A stretch of 64,000 nucleotides of DNA from Candidatus Altiarchaeota archaeon (lineage in GTDB: Archaea > Altiarchaeota > Altiarchaeia > IMC4 > SCGC-AAA252-I15), in the NCBI GenBank assembly GCA_043813075.1, contig JBDRLL010000003.1:32001-96000 (forward strand). Direction: 5' to 3'. Positions 31,016 through 41,231 of this stretch are shown piece by piece. Each line of letters begins with the position of its first letter. Position 1 is the stretch's first letter. The notes under the pieces are model-generated. The model made no database searches. It worked only from the letters and a program-made list of their open reading frames with translations, and was not told where the DNA came from. A program made the translations under genes and the position numbers.

Positions 31016-31972
31016 GTGGATGACATGACAGAGCCCCTTGAAGTCCGCAGCCTTGTCTGCCGTAAGAACGTCGAGGTTGCACTGGTATGCCTGGATTCGC
31101 TCATCAGATTCTCCGCAGAACCCTTAAAGCTCATAATCCACGACGACGGCTCCCTGACGGAGAATGACGTTGAAAGACTCTCTGAAGGACTCGGCAACCC
31201 GGAGATAATAAGTCGGCCATGCGCTGACGAGAGGATGGAGCCGCTACTCGAAGGCTATCCGATGATGAAGGAGGTCAGGGGCATGAACCCGCTGACCCTC
31301 AAGCTGATGGACTGCCCCATGATGTCGGACGGAGACTACGCCTTCTGCGACCCCGACGTCCTGTTCACACGGCCGTTCACGGGACTGTTCAAGTGGCCTG
31401 ACGACAAGGTTAATGCATTGTTCATGAAGGACCATTTAGACTCCTACGTGTTCAGACTGAAGGACATGGTGGGTGATGGCAGGATAAGAACTCCTTCAAA
31501 GGTTAACACCGGCATAATATTCCTAAGGAAAGGGGCCTTCAACCCGGGCATTGTTGAGGAGGTTATGGGACGGCTGGACTACAGGCGCGGGAATTTCCTC
31601 TACGAGCAGACGTGCTGGGCAGTCATCGCAGGCAGGGTTGGGTGCATGCAATACGATTCAGAACAGGTGAAGACGACTGACAACAGGTTCATGAACCACC
31701 TGGAAAGGTACTCTGACGCAGCCGCAATACACTTGACTGGAGGGGGCAAACAGCGTTTGAACGAGCTGATGGGAAGGATGGTTTTAATGGGTGATGGAGA
31801 GCCTGAGGAGATTAAGACTATCAGGCCGTGCAGCATGGACGCCCATTCCATAATCCACATACTATGGCACTTCAACGTTTTCCAGAGATACGAGAGGGTT
31901 TACAAGAGATGCTATGAGGGGACGATACCCTGCAGGACCTTGAGGAGGATTAGGGAGGGTCTTGGCGTATAG
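31016..31972 (+). CDS. Putative GT-A fold glycosyltransferase (paralog of 21503-22453)
   Basis: IHDDGSL, CDPDVLFTRPFTGLF, NTG, EQT. Confidence 0.65.
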   Translation: MDDMTEPLEVRSLVCRKNVEVALVCLDSLIRFSAEPLKLIIHDDGSLTENDVERLSEGLGNPEIISRPCADERMEPLLEGYPMMKEVRGMNPLTLKLMDCPMMSDGDYAFCDPDVLFTRPFTGLFKWPDDKVNALFMKDHLDSYVFRLKDMVGDGRIRTPSKVNTGIIFLRKGAFNPGIVEEVMGRLDYRRGNFLYEQTCWAVIAGRVGCMQYDSEQVKTTDNRFMNHLERYSDAAAIHLTGGGKQRLNELMGRMVLMGDGEPEEIKTIRPCSMDAHSIIHILWHFNVFQRYERVYKRCYEGTIPCRTLRRIREGLGV

Positions 31973-31973
31973 G

Positions 31974-32564
31974 CTATATCCTGCCCTTTGTCGAGGGTAT
32001 GTCATCGCCCACAATACGCGTCGCTTCCCTCAATGATTTCGCCAGCGCCTTGAAGGTCGCCTCCACCTTGTGATGGTCATTCCTGCCCTCGACTTTAACG
32101 TTGAGGTTGAATCTGCCGTTCAACGCGAAGCTCTCGAGGAAGTGCTCTATATTCTCCTTGCTGACGTCGCCGACACGCTTCTCCTCGAACTCGCTGAACG
32201 GAAGGTCTATGACCGCATACGGTCTGCCTGACAGGTCGACGGAAACCTCTGCTCTCGCATCGTCCATGGGGACTATGGAGTGCGCCATACGGGCTATACC
32301 CTTCTTGTCGCCCAACGCCTTTTGAAATGCTTCACCCAAGCATATGCCCACATCCTCAACTAGATGGTGGTCGTCGACTTCAACATCACCCTTAGCGTCA
32401 ATCTTCAAATCGAAGCCGCTGTGCTTGGAGAAGCTCTCGAGCATGTGGCCCAGGAAATTCAATGGCATGTTGACGGCGCTTTTACCGCCGCCATCTACGT
32501 TAACCTCCAGGATTACCTTAGTCTCCCTGGTCTTCCGTGATACAGAAGCTTTCCTCGCGGCCAT
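31974..32564 (-). CDS. hisB: Imidazoleglycerol-phosphate dehydratase
   Basis: RKTRET, DDHHLVED, PMDD, NDHHKVEA.FK, PSTKG. Confidence 0.96.
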   Translation of the reverse strand: MAARKASVSRKTRETKVILEVNVDGGGKSAVNMPLNFLGHMLESFSKHSGFDLKIDAKGDVEVDDHHLVEDVGICLGEAFQKALGDKKGIARMAHSIVPMDDARAEVSVDLSGRPYAVIDLPFSEFEEKRVGDVSKENIEHFLESFALNGRFNLNVKVEGRNDHHKVEATFKALAKSLREATRIVGDDIPSTKGRI

Positions 32565-32588
32565 TGTTGATAGGTATTGGTTTTAAGA

Positions 32589-32873
32589 TTAAATATCCTG
32601 GCTGGTGTAAGACGGCTTCATCATCCTGTCTGACTGCTTCTTAAGCCGGTAGAGCGCATTCAACGCGTTGTACGTCTTCCGGGAGAGGAATACTATTACC
32701 GTGAACGTGACCAGCGACACCAGGAAGAAATGAGTGCTTGCCATGAGATCAGACAATAAGAGTACCAGTATTGTTATGACCAATGCTGTGAAGGCGTCCA
32801 AGAGACGGGGGTATGCTTCTTTCCTGAATTCCCTCTGGAGGGTCTGGAGGACTATCTTGCGCATCATAGTCAT
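32589..32873 (-). CDS. Small 2-TM hypothetical protein
   Basis: Hydrophobic hairpin; start uncertain. Confidence 0.55.
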   Translation of the reverse strand: MTMMRKIVLQTLQREFRKEAYPRLLDAFTALVITILVLLLSDLMASTHFFLVSLVTFTVIVFLSRKTYNALNALYRLKKQSDRMMKPSYTSQDI

Positions 32874-32954
32874 AGATACTCTGATACACGATTTAATAAT
32901 CAATCCCCGCGGGCATAAGACGTAATATTTAGGGGTAGTCAAATATCATTAGAA

Positions 32955-33995
32955 ATGCCCTTAAAACCAGTATTCAGCATCCTGATACCGACTTCCGGAA
33001 GGCCGGAACACCTTAGGGGGTGCGTTGAATCCATTTTCAATGGCGGACACCGGGATTTGGAAGTTCTGGTCCTCGTCAACGAATCCTGCTGGAAGAGCGT
33101 GGACTACCTTAGGAAGGCTTCCGGGGGTTACACTGGCCTTAAGTATTTTGTGGTTAAGGAGAGGCTGAGCCATGGCGCCGCGAGGAACCGGCTGGTGGAC
33201 AAGTCTAGCGGGGATCTGCTGTACTTTATCGACGACGACGTCGTGCAATACGGGAATGCCCTAACCATCCTGGAGGATAAGTTCAGGGAGTATCCATGGG
33301 CTGACGTCATCGGCGGCCCGAACCTGACTCCAGAATCGTCTAGCAGGCTCCAGAAGTATTTCGGATTCTTCTTTGAATCCTATTTCGGGAGCTCTGGGAT
33401 GAGGTACAGGTATAAGCCGATTGGGTGCGATGTTGAAGCCGATGAGAAGAAGCTGATACTCTGCAACCTGGCGTTCAGGTCGCGAGTCTTCAATGAGATG
33501 GGGCTAAGATTCAATGAGGAGATACCTTCAAACGAGGAGAACATACTCCTGGAGCAGCTCAAGTCAAAGGGGGGTAGGATGCTGTACGTCCCCTCACTTA
33601 GGGTCTACCATCACCGGAGGGATTCGCTCATAGGATTCTGCAGGCAGCTGTTCAAGTACGGGAGGGGTAGGGCCCAGAGTATCGCCCACAATCCGAGAAC
33701 ATTCGACCCGGTCTTCATCCTGCCATCAGCATTATTGGCATACATCATTATCTCATTGCCAGCGTCAGGCATCCTCTTCCGAATGCCCTTGGCGGCATAC
33801 CTCCTGGCAGACGTTGCCGCTTCACTAATAAAGTCTGTTGGGGAGCGTGACCTGACCGCTGTTCCCGCGCTGATGGTAATCTTCCCGCTGGGACACTTGT
33901 CCTATGGGATGGGATTCATCTTCCAGTTGGTGAAGACCGCCTTATCGTGGAAAGCAATACATTCAGGAGGGTATGGGGGGCGTCGTCAGAGGTAG
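32955..33995 (+). CDS. GT2 family glycosyltransferase
   Basis: SILIPT, GAARN, FIDDD, EE, HHRR, C-terminal TMs. Confidence 0.9.
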   Translation: MPLKPVFSILIPTSGRPEHLRGCVESIFNGGHRDLEVLVLVNESCWKSVDYLRKASGGYTGLKYFVVKERLSHGAARNRLVDKSSGDLLYFIDDDVVQYGNALTILEDKFREYPWADVIGGPNLTPESSSRLQKYFGFFFESYFGSSGMRYRYKPIGCDVEADEKKLILCNLAFRSRVFNEMGLRFNEEIPSNEENILLEQLKSKGGRMLYVPSLRVYHHRRDSLIGFCRQLFKYGRGRAQSIAHNPRTFDPVFILPSALLAYIIISLPASGILFRMPLAAYLLADVAASLIKSVGERDLTAVPALMVIFPLGHLSYGMGFIFQLVKTALSWKAIHSGGYGGRRQR

Positions 33996-34879
33996 CCTGT
34001 TAATTGATCGAAAAGCGTACTGCTGCCTGCGCCAACAAGCTGGACCTTAACCGTAGGGTCCACTGGAAGGGGTTGGGGTATAGAGTCGCTGCCATAGGAG
34101 ACTTCAGCGCCAGACTCCCTGCACAAGAGCAGTCCTGCAGCAACGTCATACGTCTTGGGGGTTGCCGCCAGCCCAGCGCCAGCCCTCAAGTCCACAATCA
34201 AGTCCGTCTTCCCTGAAGCGAGGAAGGCCAGTTCGAGTGCAGTCGAGCCATAGCATTTCAGCCATACGTCGTCAACTCCGCTGCCAGTCGCCTCCGCCAG
34301 CCTGAGCATCAAGTCATCGTGTATTCCGTACGCGCCCGCAAAATGACAGCCAATCGAGAGCACCGCATGGGTAAGATCCTTTTTGCCTGAGGCTGTGATT
34401 GTCTTCCCATTAGATCTAGCGGCATCGCCTGCGACAACCGTGTAGTCGTCATCGGTATCTAGGCGGGAGACAACACCTACGGCGACATCTTCCAGCGTCT
34501 CAGCTCCAGGGGGGAACACCGCTATGGAACATGAATATGCTGGAAGCCCGCGCCTCGCATTCCTCGAGCCATCCAACGGGTCTATCAGGTATATCGCCTC
34601 GGTGCCGCCGCCATAATGGAGTATGCCCTGATCCTCAGTCATCACTGTGGCGTTAATCCCATTGTCCTTGAAGAAGCCACCTACCGCCTCCTCCACAGGC
34701 ACGTCTATCTCGAACGTCGTGTCGCCCGTCTTGCTGACCGGATGCTGCCGGTCCTCATAGGACCCGACGAGAGGCTCCACCGTCTCCCTGATGATTCCGG
34801 ACAGTTCCAGCGAATTCCTCAGGTGATTCCCAACGTCAAAGTCCACTGTAAAAGTATGGTACTGTCTTTTAATCAACAT
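33986..34879 (-). CDS. Inositol monophosphatase/FBPase IV family protein
   Basis: TED, IDPLDGSRN, GSTALEL, YDVAAG. Confidence 0.9.
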   Translation of the reverse strand: MLIKRQYHTFTVDFDVGNHLRNSLELSGIIRETVEPLVGSYEDRQHPVSKTGDTTFEIDVPVEEAVGGFFKDNGINATVMTEDQGILHYGGGTEAIYLIDPLDGSRNARRGLPAYSCSIAVFPPGAETLEDVAVGVVSRLDTDDDYTVVAGDAARSNGKTITASGKKDLTHAVLSIGCHFAGAYGIHDDLMLRLAEATGSGVDDVWLKCYGSTALELAFLASGKTDLIVDLRAGAGLAATPKTYDVAAGLLLCRESGAEVSYGSDSIPQPLPVDPTVKVQLVGAGSSTLFDQLTGYL

Positions 34880-35558
34880 ACGCTAGGGTGAACCTCCTCC
34901 TGAAACGCTCAAACACCCTGAGCACATGAATGCTGAACACTGACATGAAGAATGCATTCCCAACCGCCCGCGAAGTGTTAGCCACCATGCCTGCAAGAAC
35001 CATCGTCACATAAGACTCGATAGTGTGTGTCGGGATGAACAACAGCCATGAGAACAGGTCTAGGAACATGCCGTACGAGTATGCAGCCAGGATAGAGTAC
35101 GCCACCAGCGACGCGATCCTGAGCCTCCCACCGGCCTTAGGGATAAATGCGGCGAAACCACCGCACAATCCGAGGCCGAGCATCTGGAATGGAGTCCACG
35201 GGCCGTGGCCTATGAAGAAGTTCGACAGCATCATCGTCATCGAGCCGGCGGCGAATCCGGGCGCGAATCCGAAGACGTGTCCGACGAGTATTGTGAGGAA
35301 GAATACGGGGCTGAATTCCACGCCGTGTATTATCTGCCTCGACAATACAGTGACCGCTACCAGCACGCTAAGCAGGCTTATCATCCTGGAATCATAGTTG
35401 CGCTCCTCAAAGTCCACGTAGAGTATGAGTATCACTAGGATTGTCAGGATTATCGCGTGCAACGCCCAGTTGAATGCTATCCCGTAGGGCTGGGTGAGCA
35501 GTGCCGTCAACGCCAGTAGTAGCGCATACAGTATTACCTTAATCGTTCCTGTCTTCAT
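34869..35558 (-). CDS. ECF transporter S component (CbrT-like, cobalamin-predicted)
   Basis: SNFFIGHGPWTPFQM motif, multi-TM. Confidence 0.88.
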   Translation of the reverse strand: MKTGTIKVILYALLLALTALLTQPYGIAFNWALHAIILTILVILILYVDFEERNYDSRMISLLSVLVAVTVLSRQIIHGVEFSPVFFLTILVGHVFGFAPGFAAGSMTMMLSNFFIGHGPWTPFQMLGLGLCGGFAAFIPKAGGRLRIASLVAYSILAAYSYGMFLDLFSWLLFIPTHTIESYVTMVLAGMVANTSRAVGNAFFMSVFSIHVLRVFERFRRRFTLAYVD

Positions 35559-36918
35559 GATTCAACCTCCCGTTATCCATCATCAAAACCCTGTCTGCTA
35601 TTCCAGCAAGCTTCTCGTCCTGTGTTATGAATATTATCGTCCTACCTTCACCGCGCATCACGTTTATAACATCTACTAGAGTGCGCAGCGACTTCCCGTC
35701 TATGCCCCTGGTAGGCTCGTCGAGAACCAGTATCCGCGGGTTATGGGCGGTGACAGAGGCTATGGCAAGCCTCTGGCGCTGTCCGACGCTGATGTCCCTC
35801 GGATACGCGTTCTTATGGCCTTCAAGACCGAATCTGCGGAGCACTTCAAGTGCGTCACCGTGCACGCTGAAGTTCCTCATCGTCCCCTCAACCTCCTCTT
35901 CGACAGTCTCATGGAAGAAGGAGTCTGACGGGTTCTGCGGGAGGTAGCCGACTAGGCGAGCAAGCTCTTCAACAGAGGACTCCGACACGTCCATGCCATA
36001 GACGAGAACAGAGCCCTCCTCTGGCTTGAAGAGGCCGTTGAAGTGCTTAACGAGGGTGGTTTTCCCTGAGCCATTTTTCCCCACCAGAGCAACGCACTCC
36101 CCTTCGTTGACTTGCATGCTAACGCCGAACAAAACCTGTTTTCCGCCGTACCATTTCGAGAGGTTTGATGCTGTAATGCAGGGCTTTGTGTTTGATGTCT
36201 TTGACTTTGGCTTGGGGTATTCAATGGGTTTGACGTCGGCGGGGCGCGTGAATCTCTTCCCATCCAGGTCGAACACGCGATCCACGTATTCTACGACGTC
36301 TTCAGTGCTGTGCTCCACCAGCACTATCGTCATGCCGTATCTCTTATTCAGGTCTGAAATCACCTTAAGGAATCCGCGCCTTGAATCCGGGTCCAACTGC
36401 GATGTAGGCTCGTCCAAGACCAGTATGCTGGGCTTCAAAGCCAGTATGGATGCTAGGACAACCTTCTGCTTCTCACCTCCGGAGAGCTCTGTTGTCTTGC
36501 GGCCGGTTAAATTGCTGATGCCCAGTTGGGATGCGACCTCCGCGACCCGTTCCCTTATCTCTCCCCTGTCGGCACCCTGGTTCTCTAGACCGAACGCTAT
36601 CTCGTTCTCCACGTCAACCATCACAAACTGGTTCTCAGGATCCTGGAACACCATGCCAACCTTCCTAGACAACTCTCGTATGCCCGTACTCCTCACGTCC
36701 ATGCCGTCAACCATGACCATGCCTTTGAATATGCCGCCACTGTATTTTGGGACAAGCCCGTTTAGCATCCTGCAGAACGTTGATTTACCGCAGCCTGATG
36801 AACCGGAGACGAGAATGAACTCGCTCCTGTATATGCTTAGGCTCAGATTTTCTACCGCAGGCTCGTCCCGCCCAGGATACCAGTAGGACACGTCCCTTAA
36901 TTCAACCACGTTTTCCAT
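35539..36918 (-). CDS. ECF transporter fused double ATPase
   Basis: Two Walker A motifs (GSSGCGKST, GKNGSGKTT), FQDPENQF, LSGGEKQ, LDEPT twice. Confidence 0.93.
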   Translation of the reverse strand: MENVVELRDVSYWYPGRDEPAVENLSLSIYRSEFILVSGSSGCGKSTFCRMLNGLVPKYSGGIFKGMVMVDGMDVRSTGIRELSRKVGMVFQDPENQFVMVDVENEIAFGLENQGADRGEIRERVAEVASQLGISNLTGRKTTELSGGEKQKVVLASILALKPSILVLDEPTSQLDPDSRRGFLKVISDLNKRYGMTIVLVEHSTEDVVEYVDRVFDLDGKRFTRPADVKPIEYPKPKSKTSNTKPCITASNLSKWYGGKQVLFGVSMQVNEGECVALVGKNGSGKTTLVKHFNGLFKPEEGSVLVYGMDVSESSVEELARLVGYLPQNPSDSFFHETVEEEVEGTMRNFSVHGDALEVLRRFGLEGHKNAYPRDISVGQRQRLAIASVTAHNPRILVLDEPTRGIDGKSLRTLVDVINVMRGEGRTIIFITQDEKLAGIADRVLMMDNGRLNHEDRND

Positions 36919-37768
36919 TGTAAGTTAAGGCTGGTAGCAGCAATACCGCTGCGGGAATCAATGCGATAACATTGAATGCTGGAAGAGCCATTGATTCGTA
37001 GGGCCAGAAATACATGCTGCCGGAGAATTTAAGGTATACTAGTGTTAGGAGTGATGAGGCATATGCCAGTGATATCATCCGGTCTGCGTTAGTCCAGCGC
37101 AGGGTCCTGTACCTGCTCCTCCTGCCGGAGTATGCTCTCGCAGCCATGGACTCTGATAGGTTGAAGCCTCGCTCTAGGGATGTGACTAGCGTCGGCAAAA
37201 GCAGGCTTATGTTGTTACTGAGCCGCTCGGACAAACTGCCGTCGTCGAACTTGAACCCCCTTGACTTCTGCGCGTCACGTATGGAAGTGAAGTCCTGGGT
37301 CACTGTGGGTATGAAGCGCAACGCTATCAACCCGGTCATCGAGATGGAGGTTATGCAAGAGGGTATTATGTTGACCAGTGAGTCGGGCGTCGTCTGGGAG
37401 TTGAAGACCTGGAATGCCACCAGCATGTCGACAAGCAGTAATGCCATTATAGCCCCCATGCCGACCGACTCCAGCGTGACCGGGCCGGATAGGAATAGCA
37501 GCGGGATGTTTAGTCCAAACATGGGGATGTGCCGTGGAATCCTGTACAATACTGTGTTGCCGGAGTGCACTAGGAATATGTTCACTAGTAGTGGCATTAT
37601 TGACACGAGCAGTCCTATCTTCATGTAGGTCTTAACCGGTTGTTTCCTCACGACAGCCACCGTTGACAGTGCTATGAGCAGCAGAATCAGGTATGCTGGG
37701 TTGTATGTGAGCATGCTGTAGGCGAAGGCGAGGGCCAGCCAGAGCAGCCATGTGACCGTGTTTGGCAT
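36902..37768 (-). CDS. ECF transporter T component
   Basis: ALRFIP, AQKSRG, SMAARAY. Confidence 0.9.
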   Translation of the reverse strand: MPNTVTWLLWLALAFAYSMLTYNPAYLILLLIALSTVAVVRKQPVKTYMKIGLLVSIMPLLVNIFLVHSGNTVLYRIPRHIPMFGLNIPLLFLSGPVTLESVGMGAIMALLLVDMLVAFQVFNSQTTPDSLVNIIPSCITSISMTGLIALRFIPTVTQDFTSIRDAQKSRGFKFDDGSLSERLSNNISLLLPTLVTSLERGFNLSESMAARAYSGRRSRYRTLRWTNADRMISLAYASSLLTLVYLKFSGSMYFWPYESMALPAFNVIALIPAAVLLLPALTYNGKRG

Positions 37769-37835
37769 CGTGATTTATATATGATGGCGCCCTAAGAATA
37801 AAAGCTTGGATAAATTATCCAAGTGAGGTTTTGGA

Positions 37836-38813
37836 ATGGATGAAAACAGGATATTGACGATAACTGCCGTAATACTGCTGAATTTAGCGGTATTTGCCTC
37901 GGCAGCCCGCGTTGGTATTGTAGTGGATGATGGTGTGGGGGGAGTGGAAACGAAGTGCAGGGATTTCGATGAAGGAGCCACCGCCTATGACGTAATATCA
38001 GGTGCTGGTGGATTTGAGATCGAGGACTTTGGATGGGGTTATGGAGTGTGCTCGATAAACGGGCACGGATGCCCGGTCGGGAACTGCTTCTGCGACCCGG
38101 CATGGGACTTCTGGAACTTCCTGTCCAACAAAGGCAGCTGGAGCATGACTTCGGTCGGAGTCGGCGACCACCGGGTAGAGGACGGGGAGATCATAGGATT
38201 CAAGTGGGGGCAGTGGGGTGACAAGCCGGATGCGATAACGTTCGAGGAGGTGTGCCCGCCCATAAAGAAGGGGAGGACCATCATCCCCAACATAATAGGT
38301 TTCGCTGTGTTGGGCGAAGCCGTGGCAGACAAGCCGGTGGTAGTCAATATCACAGACAATCGTACTGGAGAACCAGTGAAGAACGCTAAGATCGAATTGT
38401 TCAGGGAAGGTGCAGGATGGATTGGAAGGCTCCTGCATGTGGAGGCGGACGAGAACGGGATTGCTAGGATAAACATTCCGGACGAAGGAGAGTACGGAGT
38501 CAGGATAACGAGGTACGACTACCACCACAAGTACGACAGCATCGAAGTCAAGGAGACGACGACAACGACGACCAGCAGCACCACGACGACGATAGTGACG
38601 ACGACCACAACCACCACCAGCACCCTGAAACACTTCATAACAGGGGGGAGAGAGCATACGACGACAACAGTCAAGCCGACAACGACAATTAGGAAAAGCC
38701 CCGCCATACTGGGTAATGCCATGGCACCGCCGACGACAAGACCAAGGCCGGTGAATAGTCAGGACAATGATGAAGGACTGATCGATAGCATAATCGGATG
38801 GCTGTTCGGGTAA
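37836..38813 (+). CDS. Secreted DUF4430 (transcobalamin-like) protein with Ig-like domain and Thr-rich linker
   Basis: Signal peptide; G..VCSING, FW.F, S.VG....VEDGEIIGFKW; poly-Thr; divergent from the ECF genes. Confidence 0.75.
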   Translation: MDENRILTITAVILLNLAVFASAARVGIVVDDGVGGVETKCRDFDEGATAYDVISGAGGFEIEDFGWGYGVCSINGHGCPVGNCFCDPAWDFWNFLSNKGSWSMTSVGVGDHRVEDGEIIGFKWGQWGDKPDAITFEEVCPPIKKGRTIIPNIIGFAVLGEAVADKPVVVNITDNRTGEPVKNAKIELFREGAGWIGRLLHVEADENGIARINIPDEGEYGVRITRYDYHHKYDSIEVKETTTTTTSSTTTTIVTTTTTTTSTLKHFITGGREHTTTTVKPTTTIRKSPAILGNAMAPPTTRPRPVNSQDNDEGLIDSIIGWLFG

Positions 38814-38836
38814 ACCCAGGACAACCACCGCATGAT

Positions 38837-39382
38837 TCACTTCAGGCTATGCGGGTCCTTAACGCTGTCCCTCCTTGCCCTGCCGGCGAGGATCATCTCG
38901 TTCTTCCTGGCAGTCAGCGTGTTCTCGAATTCCCCGACGAGGGGGTAGGGAGGATCCTTGAAGCTGACGTCACCCCCGTAGATAACAGTGTACGAGCCAG
39001 GGGGAATAGACTTAAGACGGACGTGAGCATGTATATTACCGCTTGAGCCGGTGTCAGACCTCAAAACCTGCATGCCATAGCTGCTGCCGCCATACTCTTC
39101 AAGCAACGCAAGCCTCGTGGAGACAACGAGCACAGCCCTCTCGCCGTCAGGCACCGGGAACTTCGGCCACGCCCTCGGGTCTCCGGAAGTGAAATCCATG
39201 TTGCCGAGGGCAGATACGATTGAGCCATCACCCATAGTGGCCCTCCTCAAATCACCGCGGGTAGTACCCCTCAGCAAGACCTCGGGGAGGATGTGGCCGT
39301 CAACCTCAACAGGCTCCTGACGTATCGACTGTATTATGTCGTCGGCCTTAACGTGAGGCACATTACTCTTCTCACCTAGCAT
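38837..39382 (-). CDS. Hypothetical protein (orphan)
   Basis: 181 aa ORF with TATA-like ataaaaa about 25 bp upstream. Confidence 0.6.
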   Translation of the reverse strand: MLGEKSNVPHVKADDIIQSIRQEPVEVDGHILPEVLLRGTTRGDLRRATMGDGSIVSALGNMDFTSGDPRAWPKFPVPDGERAVLVVSTRLALLEEYGGSSYGMQVLRSDTGSSGNIHAHVRLKSIPPGSYTVIYGGDVSFKDPPYPLVGEFENTLTARKNEMILAGRARRDSVKDPHSLK

Positions 39383-39434
39383 ATTGTATTATGGGCATCC
39401 AAGATTTTTATGCTCGTAACTGGATTATCTTGAC

Positions 39435-40763
39435 ATGAAAGTCGTGGTGGTCGGAAACGGAGCCAGGGAACACGCTATTGCCGCTGCATTAAAGAGGAGT
39501 CAGAGCGAGCCTGAACTACACGCATTCATGAGCGCCCTGAACCCGGGGATAAGGAGGATAGTAAAGGACTATAAGGTAGGGGATCCGAACAACCCAGGGC
39601 AAGTGCTCGAATACTGCATGGAAAAAAAGGTTGAGATGGCGGTCGTCGGGCCTGAAGCCCCCCTGGCCGCAGGCCTAGTCGACGTCCTCGAGGAGGCGGA
39701 GATACTATGTGTGGGCCCTCGAAAGAAGCCCGCGCAGTTGGAGACTGATAAGAGCTTCGCGAGAAGCCTTATGAAGGCCTACAAGGTTAAGGGGACTCCT
39801 GAATTTGGGGTTTTCGACGACTGCGAGGAAGCGTGCATGTTCATCGACGACTTTGGGGGGGACGTCGCCATAAAACCCGCGGGACTTACAGGAGGCAAAG
39901 GAGTCAAGATTATGGGGGAACACCTGGATGCTGAGGGCGCAAAGAAGTACGTTAAGGAAATCTTCGACTCCAGCATGGGTAAGATACCTAAAGTAGTGCT
40001 GGAGGAGAGGCTTATTGGGGAAGAGTTCACGCTGCAAGGATTCGTTGACGGCCGTAATGTTGTGGGAACACCCATGGTACAGGACCACAAGAGGGCTTAT
40101 GAAGGCGATGTGGGGCCTAACACTGGGGGCATGGGCTCTTACAGTGACGCGGGATACATACTGCCGTTCCTCACAGAGGAGGATTATGATGAGGGACTGG
40201 ATATAATGAGGCAGGCAGTGCATGCGGTGTATAAGGAGACTGGGGAGAAGTATGTGGGGTTCCTGTACGGGCAGTTCATGGCGACAGCCGACGGCCTGAA
40301 GGTTATTGAATTCAACGCCAGGCTAGGGGATCCGGAGGCGATGAACATACTCACCATACTCGAGTCCGACTTCCAGGACATATGCGATAGGATAACCGGG
40401 GAGATGATTAAAGACGACCTGTCCTTCCGGAAGAAGGCCACAGTCTGCAAGTACCTCGTGCCAGAGGGATATCCTGACAGGCCCAAGGACAATGTGGAGG
40501 TGCTCATACACGAGGACGAGATAATGGGGAAGGGAGGCACACCCTACTACGCTTCGGTTAGAGAGGAGGGGGGGAGCATATTCACGTCAAAGTCCCGTGC
40601 GATAGCGATAGTTGGTACGGCGGACTCCATAACGGAGGCGGAGCAGGTTGCGGAAGGATGCATGACCTACATACAGGGAGACCTCTTCCACAGGAAGGAC
40701 ATCGGCACAAGACCGCTGGTATTCAAGAGGATAGAGCATATGAAGAAGATTAGGGGGGAGTGA
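39435..40763 (+). CDS. purD: Phosphoribosylamine-glycine ligase
   Basis: GNGAREHA, GPEAPL, GGKGV, QDHKRA, GPNTGGMG, EFNARLGDPE. Confidence 0.97.
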   Translation: MKVVVVGNGAREHAIAAALKRSQSEPELHAFMSALNPGIRRIVKDYKVGDPNNPGQVLEYCMEKKVEMAVVGPEAPLAAGLVDVLEEAEILCVGPRKKPAQLETDKSFARSLMKAYKVKGTPEFGVFDDCEEACMFIDDFGGDVAIKPAGLTGGKGVKIMGEHLDAEGAKKYVKEIFDSSMGKIPKVVLEERLIGEEFTLQGFVDGRNVVGTPMVQDHKRAYEGDVGPNTGGMGSYSDAGYILPFLTEEDYDEGLDIMRQAVHAVYKETGEKYVGFLYGQFMATADGLKVIEFNARLGDPEAMNILTILESDFQDICDRITGEMIKDDLSFRKKATVCKYLVPEGYPDRPKDNVEVLIHEDEIMGKGGTPYYASVREEGGSIFTSKSRAIAIVGTADSITEAEQVAEGCMTYIQGDLFHRKDIGTRPLVFKRIEHMKKIRGE

Positions 40764-41230
40764 TGAGAACACTTGTCGCATACTACTCTAGAGGGGGGAA
40801 CACGCGCCTTGTGGCGCAGGAGATAATCAGCATAACCGGAGGAGACGTTGAGGAGCTGGGGGACGAGAAGAAGCGGAAGGGAGGCTTAGGGTGGATTACA
40901 GGGGCCAGGGATGCCTTAATGGGCAGGGAAACCAGGCTGAAACCCTTGAGGAACAATCCTTCAGACTATGACATGATTTACATAGGCTCGCCAACATGGG
41001 CGGGTAGGATGACGCCGGCAGTCAGAACATTCATAAAACAAAACGACCTTACAGGCAAGCGGATCGCATTGTTCGGAAACGCTGGAAACCAGGAGGGGAA
41101 GGCCACCAACGACATGAGCAAGAACCTGGGCAACGCAGAAGTCTTAGGCGAGATTACGGTGCTGGACAGTCAGATGAAGTCAGGCTCATACAAGAGGATG
41201 ATTAAAGAGTGGGTTAAGTCACTGATTTAG
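40760..41230 (+). CDS. Flavodoxin-like protein
   Basis: YYSRGGNT, IGSPTW. Confidence 0.88.
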   Translation: MMRTLVAYYSRGGNTRLVAQEIISITGGDVEELGDEKKRKGGLGWITGARDALMGRETRLKPLRNNPSDYDMIYIGSPTWAGRMTPAVRTFIKQNDLTGKRIALFGNAGNQEGKATNDMSKNLGNAEVLGEITVLDSQMKSGSYKRMIKEWVKSLI

Positions 41231-41231
41231 A

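Noticed and set aside
37769-37835. Cobalamin riboswitch between the ECF and DUF4430 genes
   Set aside because: The 67-bp AT-rich spacer is too short and has no B12-box
38555-38690. acg/acc trinucleotide-like runs
   Set aside because: Encode a Thr-rich linker with mixed codons; not a CRISPR or contingency repeat
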